A DNA stretch of 64,000 bases from positions 28,676-92,675 of the forward strand of contig CAIUQE010000031.1 in NCBI GenBank assembly GCA_903901225.1, given 5' to 3'. Shown in pieces: positions 8,702 through 17,828 of this stretch. Numbering within the stretch: position 1 is the stretch's first letter; every line of letters begins with the position of its first letter. This stretch comes from Candidatus Omnitrophota bacterium (GTDB taxonomy: Bacteria > Omnitrophota > Gorgyraeia > Zapsychrales > Fredricksoniimonadaceae). The notes below the pieces were generated by a model. The model saw only the letters and a list, made by a program, of their open reading frames with translations. It did no database searches and had not been told where the DNA came from. Made by a program: the position numbers and the translations under genes.

Positions 8702-9599
8702 GCTGCGCGGGTCTGTTGCGGCGATCGGTGTTTTCGACGGGGTCCATCGCGGCCATCAGAAGGTCATTGCCCGCGCTGTCGCCGAAGCCCGGCGCCTGAA
8801 GCTCCTTTCTGTCGTGGTCACCTTTGATCCGCATCCCGTCCATGTGCTTTCTCCCGGGAAATTCCTGCCCCAAATAACGACGCTGGAACATCGCCTGCGC
8901 CTGATAGAAGGCCTCGGGGCCGATGTGTGCGTCGTGGTGAGGTTCAACCGCCGTTTCGCGGCGCAAAAGCCTGAAAAATTCGTACGGGAATTCCTGATCA
9001 AACAGCTGGGCGTTAAAAAAGTCGTCATCGGCCGTGATTTCCATTTTGGCCAAGCCGGCCAGGGGTCGGTGGACCTGTTGCGTTCGATGGAGGCCGCGGA
9101 TGGTTTTGTTGTCGAGCATTTGGGCATAGCCCGCTGTGCCGGTAAAAGCATAAAATCCACGTATATCCGAGAGCTTATCACCGCCGGGGATCTCGCCGCC
9201 GCGCGGCGGTTCCTGGCGCGGCCGCATGCTTTTCTGGGCAAGGTTGTCGGTGGCGATGCCCGCGGCCGGAAGCTCGGATACCGGACCGCGAATTTCGAAA
9301 AAGAAAACGTTATCATTCTGCCTTCCGGGATTTACCTGGTACGCGCGTCATGGGATAGAAGGACGGCGCATGGCCTCTGTTATATCGGCTGCCGGCCGAC
9401 CTTCAAACGCAGGGATGCCCGCATTATCCAGGAGCTGCATTTGCTTGATCATCAGGGTGATCTGTATGGCAAAATGATCTGCATGGAGTTCATCCGCAAG
9501 CTGCGGGATGACAGGAAGTTTCCCGACGAGAATTCTCTTACCGCGCAGATCGGGAAAGACGTGCGCAAGGCACGATCTTTCTTCAAAATAGCACGCTGA
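8655..9599 (+). CDS. ribF: bifunctional riboflavin kinase / FAD synthetase
   Basis: AAIGVFDGVHRGHQ nucleotidyltransferase motif and a C-terminal riboflavin kinase domain (GRKLGYRTANF). The start is set to the first in-frame ATG that gives a canonical N-terminus. It overlaps the truB 3' end by about 47 nt. Confidence 0.85.
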   Translation: MMSMRRIFTTGTLAHKLRGSVAAIGVFDGVHRGHQKVIARAVAEARRLKLLSVVVTFDPHPVHVLSPGKFLPQITTLEHRLRLIEGLGADVCVVVRFNRRFAAQKPEKFVREFLIKQLGVKKVVIGRDFHFGQAGQGSVDLLRSMEAADGFVVEHLGIARCAGKSIKSTYIRELITAGDLAAARRFLARPHAFLGKVVGGDARGRKLGYRTANFEKENVIILPSGIYLVRASWDRRTAHGLCYIGCRPTFKRRDARIIQELHLLDHQGDLYGKMICMEFIRKLRDDRKFPDENSLTAQIGKDVRKARSFFKIAR

Positions 9600-9666
9600 A
9601 CCGCGCGCGTTGTTTTCGGCGATTTCCCGCCTCTTTTTTATTCCCGTCTTGTGTTATTTTCAGGTT

Positions 9667-9716
9667 TGCAAAGCCTCCGGTGGAGGGATTTGCGCGTTAA
9701 TTTTTGTGTTTTTTAC
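9667..9716 (+). terminator. putative intrinsic terminator downstream of ribF
   Basis: Imperfect hairpin GCAAAGCCTCC-ggt-GGAGGGATTTGC followed by a T-rich tract (TTAATTTTTGTGTTTTTT). Confidence 0.4.
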
Positions 9717-9843
9717 AATCTTTGAACCGCACAACTCTTTCTCCCGCCCTGAACGCGTTACCTTCCTGTAGATACCGTTCCCGACGATAAAAGTGGTTAT
9801 TTTCCTTCCCGAAAAGGTATAAAAAAAAGAGCTTTTTATTTTA

Positions 9844-9872
9844 TTGACAGCCACTTGGGGCATCACTATACT
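9844..9872 (+). promoter_or_regulatory. near-consensus sigma70 promoter of the dcw cluster (Pmra)
   Basis: TTGACA (9844-9849), 17-nt spacer, TATACT (9867-9872). Confidence 0.6.
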
Positions 9873-9873
9873 T

Positions 9874-9907
9874 GTGGATGTCGGTGGAGGAAAGTGGTGT
9901 AAAGTGG
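9874..9907 (+). promoter_or_regulatory. MraZ-box operator: four GTGG direct repeats with exact 10-bp phasing
   Basis: GTGG occurs at 9874, 9884, 9894 and 9904, immediately downstream of the -10. This matches the known architecture of MraZ-binding direct repeats at mraZ promoters. Confidence 0.55.
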
Positions 9908-9942
9908 TTTATACCGGTTTACAGGAAAAAGGCCCCGGTCCT

Positions 9943-10380
9943 ATGTTTTACGGTGAATACACACATACTCTCGATGATAAAGGACGGCTGATCTTGCCGG
10001 CGCGGTTCCGTGAGGTTGCCGAGCAGAACAGTGTCGGGAAATTCTTTGTCACCCGGGGTTTTGAGTCGTGCGTGTTCATGTTCGCCGAGGCGGAGTGGAA
10101 GCATTACGAGCAGAAATTCCGTGATGTGCCATTTACCAAGCACGACGGGCGCACGTTCAACCGCATGTTCTTCTCGGGCGCTGTCGATGTCCTGCCCGAT
10201 AAACAGGGCCGGTTCATTATCCCTCAGTACCTCAAGGATTTCGCCGGCATCAAGGACAAGAGCATCATCATCGGTGTTTCCAACCGCATCGAGATATGGG
10301 CGCAGGATCGCTGGCAGGAATATTTCGAGAAGTCCAGCAAGCTTTTTGAACAGACGGCGGAAAACATTTTAAACCTGTAA
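9943..10380 (+). CDS. mraZ: transcriptional regulator MraZ
   Basis: MFYGEYTHTLDDKGRLILPARFR plus a second DXXXR repeat (IIPQYLKDFAGI), i.e. two SpoVT/AbrB-like halves. An RBS (AGGAAAAAGG) precedes ATG 9943. The ORF track's upstream ATG at 9844 would read through the promoter. Confidence 0.9.
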   Translation: MFYGEYTHTLDDKGRLILPARFREVAEQNSVGKFFVTRGFESCVFMFAEAEWKHYEQKFRDVPFTKHDGRTFNRMFFSGAVDVLPDKQGRFIIPQYLKDFAGIKDKSIIIGVSNRIEIWAQDRWQEYFEKSSKLFEQTAENILNL

Positions 10381-10411
10381 GGGCTGGTAAAACCAATTTC
10401 AAGGAGGGGAC

Positions 10412-10699
10412 ATGGATACGACAACGCATCAGAAACTGATCTTCAGGCACATGATCGAACTGCCGCACTGCGAATGTGTTTTCTGCTCGACCCAGGAAGA
10501 GCAGACCGGGCGCACGCGCCTGTTCCTTGTTTTCAAGGAACGCCAGAAAGTCTACATGCGCAACGGCATCAAGGGCAACTGGGAAGAGGTTTCGAATCCC
10601 GAAGAGCACAATGCCGTGTGGGACGGTTTCGAGCAGGCGGTCATGGAACGTAAAGTCCCGAGTTTTGTCGCTTCGTCGAATGACCTGGCGCAGCTTTGA
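10412..10699 (+). CDS. hypothetical 95-aa protein inserted between mraZ and rsmH
   Basis: Strong RBS AAGGAGG 4-5 nt upstream. GC3-rich codon usage typical of host genes. Contains a CxCxxC cluster (HCECVFC). No family recognised. Confidence 0.6.
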   Translation: MDTTTHQKLIFRHMIELPHCECVFCSTQEEQTGRTRLFLVFKERQKVYMRNGIKGNWEEVSNPEEHNAVWDGFEQAVMERKVPSFVASSNDLAQL

Positions 10700-10720
10700 T
10701 CACGCATATATTTCAACCCT

Positions 10721-11626
10721 ATGACAGATAAAGCGCGGCATATTCCTGTGATGCTTCAGGAAGTGGAGGCATTGCTGGGGCTCAAAGCGGGCGCGGTGGC
10801 AGTGGATGGCACGCTGGGTTTGGGCGGGCACGCGGCCATGATGGCCGGCAGGATCGGCACTGAGGGGCGGTTGATCGGGATCGATCAGGACGCGGCGGCG
10901 ATCAAAATAGCGCGCGCGGGATTATCCGGCTTCAAGGGCCGCCTGGATATCGTTAAAAGCAATTTCAGCAGGCTGGATGAGGTCCTGGCGGGGTTGGACG
11001 CGGGGGCGGTCGATGCCATCTTGTTCGACCTGGGGGTTTCGAGTCTTCAATTGGATGAGCCTTCAAGGGGTTTCAGTTTTCGTCATGACGGGCCGTTGGA
11101 TATGCGCATGGATGCCGACGCGCCTGTATCCGCGGAAGAGATCGTGAACGACTTCTCTGAGGAAGAGCTGGCTGACCTGATATTTGATTACGGTGAAGAA
11201 AGGTTCTCGCGACGGATTGCGCGGCATATCGTCGCGGCCCGCGCGGGCGAGCGGATCACGCGGACGGGCCAGCTGGCCGACATTGTCCTGAGGGCTTTGC
11301 CCGGCGGTGCCCGCCACGCGCACAAGCGCCTGCATCCCGCCACGCGGACGTTCCAGGCGCTGCGGATCGCGGTGAACCGTGAACTTGATGTGCTCAACGA
11401 GGTCCTTGGTCAGGGGTTAAAGAATTTGAAGGTCGGCGGGCGCATGGCGGTGATCTCCTTCCATTCACTGGAGGACAGGATCGTCAAGACCAGGTTCAAG
11501 GCATGGGCGGTTGAAGGCGCCGTCAGGTTATTAACAAAAAAACCGTTGCAACCGGCAGATGCTGAGGCCGCGGATAATCCACGGGCCCGCAGCGCCCGGT
11601 TAAGGGTTTGCGAAAGGATAAGTTAG
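10721..11626 (+). CDS. rsmH: 16S rRNA (cytosine1402-N4)-methyltransferase
   Basis: IPVMLQEV...DGTLGLGGHA SAM-binding start and DLGVSS motif. Canonical dcw position. Confidence 0.95.
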   Translation: MTDKARHIPVMLQEVEALLGLKAGAVAVDGTLGLGGHAAMMAGRIGTEGRLIGIDQDAAAIKIARAGLSGFKGRLDIVKSNFSRLDEVLAGLDAGAVDAILFDLGVSSLQLDEPSRGFSFRHDGPLDMRMDADAPVSAEEIVNDFSEEELADLIFDYGEERFSRRIARHIVAARAGERITRTGQLADIVLRALPGGARHAHKRLHPATRTFQALRIAVNRELDVLNEVLGQGLKNLKVGGRMAVISFHSLEDRIVKTRFKAWAVEGAVRLLTKKPLQPADAEAADNPRARSARLRVCERIS

Positions 11627-11627
11627 G

Positions 11628-11975
11628 ATGGGGCATTTTCTCAAAGGCATGGCCGTTGTCACCGTGATGGCGCTGCTTTACATCCATCTGCAGATGAATA
11701 TCTATACCCTGGCTTACCAGGGCAAGAAGAAAGAGGCCCATATCGAAAAACTGGCGGAAAGCAACGCGGCCGTTAAGAATGACATCCTTCGCCTGAAATC
11801 GTCGGACAATATCGGCCGGGCCCTCCTGGCCAAGGAAAAAACATATCAGTTCGCCAGTCGCAGCAATGTGATCGAGGTTGAAGCGCAGGGGCCCGTGGCA
11901 ACGATCCTTTCCCGCGTGCAGAGCGGGCAGGGAGCGCTGAGCCGCGCGATGACCCTGGCGTTCTCGGCACATTAA
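11628..11975 (+). CDS. ftsL: cell division protein FtsL-like
   Basis: 115 aa with a single N-terminal TM helix followed by a coiled-coil (KKKEAHIEKLAESNAAVKNDILRLK). Sits in the dcw position between rsmH and ftsI. Confidence 0.75.
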   Translation: MGHFLKGMAVVTVMALLYIHLQMNIYTLAYQGKKKEAHIEKLAESNAAVKNDILRLKSSDNIGRALLAKEKTYQFASRSNVIEVEAQGPVATILSRVQSGQGALSRAMTLAFSAH

Positions 11976-12094
11976 CCCGGATTTTGCTTAGGCAAAATTC
12001 CGGTGAAATTTAAATGTTTTTACTTCTCATCCTTCCGAATTAAATTAGAATTATTTTAATAAGTATAAATAACAATTAAAAAAGTTTTGCGGCC

Positions 12095-13837
12095 TTGCAC
12101 TTCCAAAAACATCCCACACGTGTCGCGTTCATTTTTTTCACATTCCTGTTATGTATTATCCTGTTCTTTATCAAACTTGCCCTGATCCAGATATTTCGCG
12201 TTGATTATCTCGCGGAAAAGGCGGAGAAACAGCATAATCATATTGTTGAACTTGAGCCGTTGCGGGGGTCAATTTTTGACCGTAATATGCGCCCTCTGGC
12301 GATCAATGTCGGGGCGTATTCTCTCTTTGCCAATCCGCGCATGATGACCGACGCGCAGAAGGCCGCGGCTGTCAGCGCGATCGTCAAGGTCATGGGCGGC
12401 GATCCTTCGGCTTATGCCAGGGATCTCGCGAAAGAAAAACATTTCGTGTGGGTGGCCCGCAAGATCTCGACCGCGCAATATGAACAGCTCAAGGGCCTCA
12501 AGGCGCAGGGGCTGGGTTTTGTGAAGGAGAGCAAGAGATTCTACCCGGATAATGACCTTGCGGCGCATCTGATGGGATTCGTGAACATCGATAACGCGGG
12601 ACTTCAGGGGATTGAACTTGAATATGACAAGCATTTGCGCGGAGCCAAGGGAATGGCGCAGTTCCTGCGCGACGCGCGCATGCGGGACCTGATGATCGAA
12701 AAAGATTTTGTGGCGCCCCGGGACGGGGGCCAGGTCGTCCTGACCATCGATGAAACGATCCAGTTCATTGCCGAGAAGGCCCTGGACAAGGCTTTCCAAA
12801 AATATCACGCGGCGAGCGCGTCGGTCATTGTGCTTGACCCTAAGACCGGCGAGGTGCTGGCTTTTGCCAACCGCCCTGATTTTGACCTGGAGCATCCCAA
12901 TGCCACGCCACCGGAGAACATGACGAACAGGGCGGTGGCCTTCACCTATGAACCGGGTTCCGTGTTCAAGATCGTCACCGCGTCGGCAGGCCTTGAAGAA
13001 AAAGCTTTTAAGGAGGAAGACACCATATTTTGTGAGAATGGCGCGTACAGGGTTGCCAATCATACCCTTCACGACCATGAGCCTTTGGGGCTGCTGACGT
13101 ACCGCCAGGTCGTGGAGCATTCGAGCAACATCGGTGTGACCAAGATCGCCCAGAGGCTAGGGCCTGAAAAGGTGTATGCCTATGCCCGCCGGTTCCATTT
13201 CGGGGTCAAGACCGGCATAGGCATGGTGGGTGAGGTTGGAGGGATGCTCAAGCCCGTGTCACGCTGGTCGAAAACATCGATCGGCGCGATCCCCATCGGG
13301 CAGGAAGTGACCGTGACCCCGCTGCAGCTGGTTTGCGCCATTGCGGCGATCGCCAATGACGGACGCTATATGAAGCCGTATTATGTGAAGGCGGTCAAGG
13401 ACCCTTCGGGGCGGGTGATCAGGGAATTTCAGCCCCAGCCCGGAGACCAGGTCATTAGCGAGGATACCGCGCGCCGCATGAAAAGTATCCTGCAGGGCGT
13501 TGTCGACGAGGGGACCGCGACAGCCGCTAAAATGAAGGATATCACGGCGGGCGGGAAGACCGGGACGGCGCAGAAGGTCGAGAACGGCACTTATTCGCAT
13601 AGCAAATTCGTGGCGTCATTCATCGGGTTCGCCCCCGTCGATGACCCCAAGCTGGCCATTGTGGTGACGGTAGACACGCCGCATCCTGTTTATTACGGCG
13701 GCCTTGTTTCGGCTCCGGTTTTCAAAGAGATCGTCGAGAATTCTCTCAGGTATCTCGCGAGCCTTTCAAGCATGGCGAGCGCAGCGAACACAGCGAACGC
13801 GGCCGGAAAACCGGTCCAACAGATAAAGAAACCGTAA
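12095..13837 (+). CDS. ftsI: peptidoglycan D,D-transpeptidase FtsI (PBP3 class)
   Basis: N-terminal TM, PBP dimerisation domain, and the transpeptidase motifs SVFK (SxxK), SSN (SxN) and KTGT (KTG). TTG start with no upstream in-frame ATG. Confidence 0.9.
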   Translation: MHFQKHPTRVAFIFFTFLLCIILFFIKLALIQIFRVDYLAEKAEKQHNHIVELEPLRGSIFDRNMRPLAINVGAYSLFANPRMMTDAQKAAAVSAIVKVMGGDPSAYARDLAKEKHFVWVARKISTAQYEQLKGLKAQGLGFVKESKRFYPDNDLAAHLMGFVNIDNAGLQGIELEYDKHLRGAKGMAQFLRDARMRDLMIEKDFVAPRDGGQVVLTIDETIQFIAEKALDKAFQKYHAASASVIVLDPKTGEVLAFANRPDFDLEHPNATPPENMTNRAVAFTYEPGSVFKIVTASAGLEEKAFKEEDTIFCENGAYRVANHTLHDHEPLGLLTYRQVVEHSSNIGVTKIAQRLGPEKVYAYARRFHFGVKTGIGMVGEVGGMLKPVSRWSKTSIGAIPIGQEVTVTPLQLVCAIAAIANDGRYMKPYYVKAVKDPSGRVIREFQPQPGDQVISEDTARRMKSILQGVVDEGTATAAKMKDITAGGKTGTAQKVENGTYSHSKFVASFIGFAPVDDPKLAIVVTVDTPHPVYYGGLVSAPVFKEIVENSLRYLASLSSMASAANTANAAGKPVQQIKKP

Positions 13838-13838
13838 A

Positions 13839-15314
13839 ATGACCCTTGAATACCTGCTCGATGGAGTGTTATGTTCCGGAAGTCTTGGCGGCGCGGCCGG
13901 GCAAGAAATACCTGCGGTATGGGATGATTCCCGCCGCGTGACCCCGGGGAGCCTGTTCGCCGCTTTGTCGCCGGTCAGTGACGCGACCCGTGATGGCGCG
14001 GCGTTCATTCCCGATGCCGTGGCCCGGGGGGCCGTGGCGGTCATTGTTGCCGATGGCCATGCCGATACCTTGCGGGGCCGTTTTCCGGGGGTGGCTTTTA
14101 TTCCCGCGCAAGATCCGCGCGCCGCGTTCCGCCGTGTCGCGGAGCGTTTTTACGGGAAACCGTCGCGCAACGTGCGCGTGCTCGGCGTGACCGGGACCAA
14201 CGGCAAGACGACGATCACCTATTTCCTGGAATCGATCATCAAAGCGGCAGGCCGGCGCAGTGGCGTGCTGGGGACGGTCAATCAACGCGTGGGCGAGAGG
14301 GTGCTCCCTTCCAAGAACACGACCCCCGGCTTGCTGGACAACCAGATATTTCTCGCCGGGCTCGCGCGTGAGGGTGTTGATTACGCGGTCATGGAGGTGT
14401 CATCTCACGCGCTGGCCCAGCAACGCGTGGATCTTATCGATTTCCGCTGTGCCGTGTTCACGAACCTGACCGGGGATCATCTTGATTTTCACGGGACCAT
14501 GGAAGCGTATTTTCAGGCCAAGGCCGGATTGTTCGCCGGGCTGTCGCCGGAGGCGTGCGCGGTGATCAACGTGGATGATGCTTATGGCCGTCGCCTGGCG
14601 GCTATGACACGGGCCAGGGTCATTACCTGCGGGATGTCCCCTTCGGCGGATGTCAGCGCCCATATCGAGGAGGTTTCACTGGCCGGCACGCGTTTCAGGG
14701 TGCGGTTCTTCGGCCGGGAGATCACCCTCACGACGCATTTCATCGGCACGCATAATATCCATAATATCCTCGGCGCGTTCGCGGCCGGGATCGGCGAGGG
14801 CTTTTCTCCCGAGATTATCCGTGACGGTATCGGATCGCTCACGTGTGTTCCGGGCCGGCTGGAGAGGGTCGACGCGGGGCAGGATTTTTGCGTGTTCATC
14901 GACTACGCGCATACCGATGACGGGTTGAAGAATGTCCTCGCGTGCCTCAAGACGGTCCCGCACAACAGGCTCATTGTGGTGTTCGGCTGCGGCGGTGATC
15001 GTGACCGCACCAAGCGCCCGCGGATGGGCAGGATCGCTTCTGAACTCGCGGACCATGCGATCCTCACGTCGGATAATCCGCGCTCTGAAGACCCGCGGGC
15101 CATCATTGATGAGATCGTGCCGGGGTTTACGGGCAGCACGTATGAGATCGTCCCTGACCGCGCGGCGGCTATCGCCCGCGCGCTCGCGCTGGCGGGCAAG
15201 GATGACATCGTGCTCCTGGCGGGGAAAGGCCATGAGACCACGCAGGTGCTCAAGGACCGGACCGTTGAATTTGTGGAAAAGGATATTGTCTTCAAACTTC
15301 TGAAAGGGAAGTGA
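13839..15314 (+). CDS. murE: UDP-N-acetylmuramoyl-L-alanyl-D-glutamate--2,6-diaminopimelate ligase
   Basis: Mur ligase P-loop GVTGTNGKTT. The DNPR motif (TSDNPRSEDP) indicates meso-DAP specificity. Confidence 0.95.
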   Translation: MTLEYLLDGVLCSGSLGGAAGQEIPAVWDDSRRVTPGSLFAALSPVSDATRDGAAFIPDAVARGAVAVIVADGHADTLRGRFPGVAFIPAQDPRAAFRRVAERFYGKPSRNVRVLGVTGTNGKTTITYFLESIIKAAGRRSGVLGTVNQRVGERVLPSKNTTPGLLDNQIFLAGLAREGVDYAVMEVSSHALAQQRVDLIDFRCAVFTNLTGDHLDFHGTMEAYFQAKAGLFAGLSPEACAVINVDDAYGRRLAAMTRARVITCGMSPSADVSAHIEEVSLAGTRFRVRFFGREITLTTHFIGTHNIHNILGAFAAGIGEGFSPEIIRDGIGSLTCVPGRLERVDAGQDFCVFIDYAHTDDGLKNVLACLKTVPHNRLIVVFGCGGDRDRTKRPRMGRIASELADHAILTSDNPRSEDPRAIIDEIVPGFTGSTYEIVPDRAAAIARALALAGKDDIVLLAGKGHETTQVLKDRTVEFVEKDIVFKLLKGK

Positions 15315-15323
15315 CGCCGGAAT

Positions 15324-16700
15324 ATGCCGTCTTTTACGCTGGATGAGATATTGGAATGCACGGGGGGGATGCTCCTGACGGGCCGTGGCGGGCGTTGCCG
15401 GGTGTCAGGCGTGTCGACGGACACCCGCACCATCCGGCCCAACCAGCTTTTCATTGCCATCAAGGGGGAGAATTTTGACGGGCATGATTTTCTGTTCAAA
15501 GCCGTGAAGCTGGGCGCCACCATGCTGCTGGTCAGCCGCGCGGATGCGCCCAGGCCGCGGGGTGCTGTGATCGTCCTCGTCAAGGACACGGTCGACGCGC
15601 TGGGCGCTGTTGCCCGGCATCACCGCTTGCGCTTTCCGATCCCGCTCATCGCCATTACAGGCAGCGCGGGCAAGACATCGACCAAGGAACTTGTCGCCGC
15701 GGTCCTGCGCCGGAAATACCGGGTGCTTTTTAACAAAGGCACGTTCAACAACCAGATCGGGGTCCCGTCGACCTTGCTCAAGCTGACCCGCCGCCATGAG
15801 ATGGCGGTCGTTGAGCTGGGGACGAACCATCCGGGTGAGATCGCGTGGCTCGCGCGCCATGCCTGTCCGACGGTGGCTGTTTTTACCAATGTCGGCGCGT
15901 CGCATCTCGAGGGACTGGGGAGCCTTGCAGGGGTTTATAAGGAAAAAGCCGCTTTGCTTGCATTCCTCCCCGACAACGGCGGTGTTATCCTCAACGCGGA
16001 TGATCTTTATTGGCGAAAACTTTTAGGCAGGCGATCCAGCCGCAAGATGGTCTCTTACGGTATGCATGCGAAGGCCGACATCAGGGCCTTGTCCGTTATT
16101 CCGGGTCCGGCAGGCCTTCATTTCAGGACCGGCCACGGCCATCATTTTTCGGTGAAAAGTTTTTCACCCGGTGGGGTGTATAATGCCCTGGCCGCGATCG
16201 CGTGCGGAAGGTTCTTTGGTGTTCCTGAAGGTCAGATCGTTGACGCGGTCCGGTCCACGAGACCCGCGAAGGGGCGGCAATGTTCCTTCAAGGCTGGCGG
16301 TGTCACCGTGATCGATGACACGTATAACGCGAATCCGGTCTCTTACATGAACGCCCTGCAGTTATTTCACGCGCCCCGACGTGGAAAGGCCATCCTTGTG
16401 GCCGGGGACATGCTCGAACTGGGGGCGTCTTCCGATGCACTGCACGCCGATGTGGGTAAAGCCGCGGCGGCGGCAGGGGTCGATGTCCTTTTGACCTATG
16501 GCCGCGGGGCGAAGCTGATCGGCGAGGCTTCCCGGCGGATCAGGCCGCGGAGCGAGTGGCGGCATGCCGGGGATCAGGACGCGTTGACAGCGGCGCTCAA
16601 AAAGATATTGCGCCCGGGCGATGTCCTGCTGGTCAAAGGGTCGCGCGGGATGCGGATGGAAAAAGTTGTCCGGGATATCACGGTTTTCTTGAAAGGGTAA
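15324..16700 (+). CDS. murF: UDP-N-acetylmuramoyl-tripeptide--D-alanyl-D-alanine ligase
   Basis: Mur ligase P-loop AITGSAGKTSTKE. Follows murE. Confidence 0.95.
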   Translation: MPSFTLDEILECTGGMLLTGRGGRCRVSGVSTDTRTIRPNQLFIAIKGENFDGHDFLFKAVKLGATMLLVSRADAPRPRGAVIVLVKDTVDALGAVARHHRLRFPIPLIAITGSAGKTSTKELVAAVLRRKYRVLFNKGTFNNQIGVPSTLLKLTRRHEMAVVELGTNHPGEIAWLARHACPTVAVFTNVGASHLEGLGSLAGVYKEKAALLAFLPDNGGVILNADDLYWRKLLGRRSSRKMVSYGMHAKADIRALSVIPGPAGLHFRTGHGHHFSVKSFSPGGVYNALAAIACGRFFGVPEGQIVDAVRSTRPAKGRQCSFKAGGVTVIDDTYNANPVSYMNALQLFHAPRRGKAILVAGDMLELGASSDALHADVGKAAAAAGVDVLLTYGRGAKLIGEASRRIRPRSEWRHAGDQDALTAALKKILRPGDVLLVKGSRGMRMEKVVRDITVFLKG

Positions 16701-16704
16701 AACG

Positions 16705-17796
16705 ATGTTCTATTATCTGTCGCTCTTGCGGTATGAATTTTTCCCGTTGAACATTTTCAAATACATCACGTTCAGGGCCGGCATGGCCGCGGTGACGACA
16801 TTCCTGATCTGCATCATTGTCGGTCCCTGGTTCATCCGCAAGCTGCGGGAATGGGGGATGGGTGAGAAGCCGGTGCTGGGCGCGGGGCGCGGGCAGGTGC
16901 TGGGGGAAGAATTGAAGTCCAAGCACGGGACGCCCACGATGGGCGGGATCCTTATCATCGGCAGCATCCTTGTGTCGGTCTTTTTATGGGCTGACTTGCA
17001 GAACCCTTTTGTCCTGTTGACGATGTTGACCGCGGTGTGGCTGGCGGTGCTCGGGTTCTTCGATGATTACCTGAAACTTTCGGGACGGTGCAAGAACGGA
17101 TTAAGGGCGCGCACGAAAATGATGTGGCAGGTCTTACTTGCCGCTCTTGTGGGTTTTTTCATGTATACCCAGTTGCACGTGGCGACCACGCTGGACGTGC
17201 CATTCTTCAAGAATATCGTCATAGACCTGGGGGCGTTCTATACGCTTTTTGTCATGGTCATTGTGGTTGGCACGTCGAACGCGGTGAACCTGACGGACGG
17301 CCTGGATGGCCTGGCCATTGGCGCGACGCTCATGGTGGCCATAACCTTAGGGATACTGTGTTATATCAGCGGCAACATTAATTTCAGCCAATACCTCTTC
17401 ATCCCTTACTTGCCCGGTACCGGTGAATTGATGGTATTTTGTTCGGCCATCGTGGGGGCCAGCCTGGGGTTCCTGTGGTTCAACGCGCATCCGGCTGATA
17501 TTTTCATGGGCGATGTGGGGGCCTTGTCGCTCGGCGGGACGCTCGGCATCATCGCGGTGTTCATCAAGAAGGAACTGCTCCTGGGTATCGTCGGCGGGGT
17601 GTTTGTGTGGGAGGCCTTGTCCGTCATCCTGCAGGTGGCGTCCTACAAATTCACGGGCAAGAGGATATTCCTGTGTTCGCCGTATCACCATCACCTGCAG
17701 AAGTTGAATTGGAAGGAATCAAAGATCGTGATCCGTTTCTGGATCGTGGGGATCATCCTCGCGCTGTTGACGCTCACGACATTGAAAATTCGCTAG
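16705..17796 (+). CDS. mraY: phospho-N-acetylmuramoyl-pentapeptide transferase
   Basis: Polytopic membrane protein with MraY motifs (NLTDGLDGLA, MGDVGALSLGG, VILQVASYK). Confidence 0.95.
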   Translation: MFYYLSLLRYEFFPLNIFKYITFRAGMAAVTTFLICIIVGPWFIRKLREWGMGEKPVLGAGRGQVLGEELKSKHGTPTMGGILIIGSILVSVFLWADLQNPFVLLTMLTAVWLAVLGFFDDYLKLSGRCKNGLRARTKMMWQVLLAALVGFFMYTQLHVATTLDVPFFKNIVIDLGAFYTLFVMVIVVGTSNAVNLTDGLDGLAIGATLMVAITLGILCYISGNINFSQYLFIPYLPGTGELMVFCSAIVGASLGFLWFNAHPADIFMGDVGALSLGGTLGIIAVFIKKELLLGIVGGVFVWEALSVILQVASYKFTGKRIFLCSPYHHHLQKLNWKESKIVIRFWIVGIILALLTLTTLKIR

Positions 17797-17828
17797 TTTT
17801 TGGTTGGGATCGTTGGGGGAGAGGTCGT

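Noticed and set aside
9660-9866. 68-aa minus-strand ORF in the ribF-mraZ intergenic region
   Set aside because: AT-rich, no RBS, overlaps the dcw promoter and terminator hairpin. Its codon usage is unlike host genes.
12095-12130. Possibility that ftsI starts at a downstream ATG instead of TTG 12095
   Set aside because: There is no in-frame ATG before the TM helix. The TTG-initiated N-terminus (short cytoplasmic tail plus TM) has the expected FtsI topology. I kept TTG but flagged the uncertainty.
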